A stretch of 63,009 nucleotides of DNA, counting the filler, from Chiloscyllium plagiosum (taxonomy: Eukaryota): assembly GCF_004010195.1 (NCBI RefSeq). It is 4 parts of one record of this genome, joined end to end, with 100 filler letters (N's around TTAATTAATTAA, not from the genome) between each part and the next. Parts side by side here need not be neighbours in the genome. Positions count along the whole stretch, not along the records: positions 54,848 to 63,009 come from NC_057713.1; 3 more parts are not named here. One strand, given 5' to 3'. Under the pieces are notes generated by a model. The model saw only the letters and a list, made by a program, of their open reading frames with translations, searched no databases and was not told the origin of the DNA. Of this stretch, positions 62,770-63,009 are shown one piece after another (within the stretch, counting starts at the first letter, position 1; each line of letters opens with the position of its first letter). The position numbers and the translations under genes are program-made.

Positions 62770-62945
62770 CTGGAAATGTGTTGCTGGAAAAGCGCAGCAG
62801 GTCAGGCAGCATCCAGGGAACAGGAGAATCGACGTTTCGGGCATAAGCCCTTCTTCAGGAATGAGGAAAGTTTGTCCAGCAGGCTAAGATAAAAGGTAGG
62901 GAGGAGGGACTTGGGGGAGGGGCGTCGGAAATGTGATAGGTGGAA
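62770..62945 (-). mobile_element. Penelope-derived terminal repeat with intact hammerhead core
   Basis: Minus strand ATTCCTGAAGAAGGGCTTATGCCCGAAACGTCGATTC. Confidence 0.82.
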
Positions 62946-63009
62946 AAAACAAACCATTATCTCCCAGACCGTCCATAACCTCATCACCTCGGGGGATCTC
63001 CCATCCACC

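Overview
Vertebrate genomic DNA dominated by decayed transposable elements. The repeat repertoire (CR1 LINEs, tRNA-derived SINEs, Penelope-like elements, Tx1/L1) points to a cartilaginous fish such as a shark; this is an inference. The one clearly supported protein-coding gene is RIOK1 (+ strand). Coding exons 1-6 at 37117-53497 splice in frame through GT-AG junctions, and the gene continues beyond the window. There is an intact tRNA-Gly(GCC) gene at 6349-6419 and a CpG/GC-box promoter-like island at 1-540. The most unusual structure is a head-to-tail array at 4762-5224 of ~245-bp units, each made of a U1 snRNA-like sequence fused directly to a tRNA-Gly-like sequence plus a 16-nt trailer. Other points of interest: several minimal hammerhead-ribozyme motifs in short Penelope-derived insertions, some perfectly palindromic with target-site duplications; two ORF2-deleted LINE derivatives; an L2-like tail forming the RIOK1 exon-2 acceptor region; a pre-miRNA-sized hairpin; and a 79-bp VNTR in RIOK1 intron 1. 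Repeat boundaries were read by eye and are approximate.
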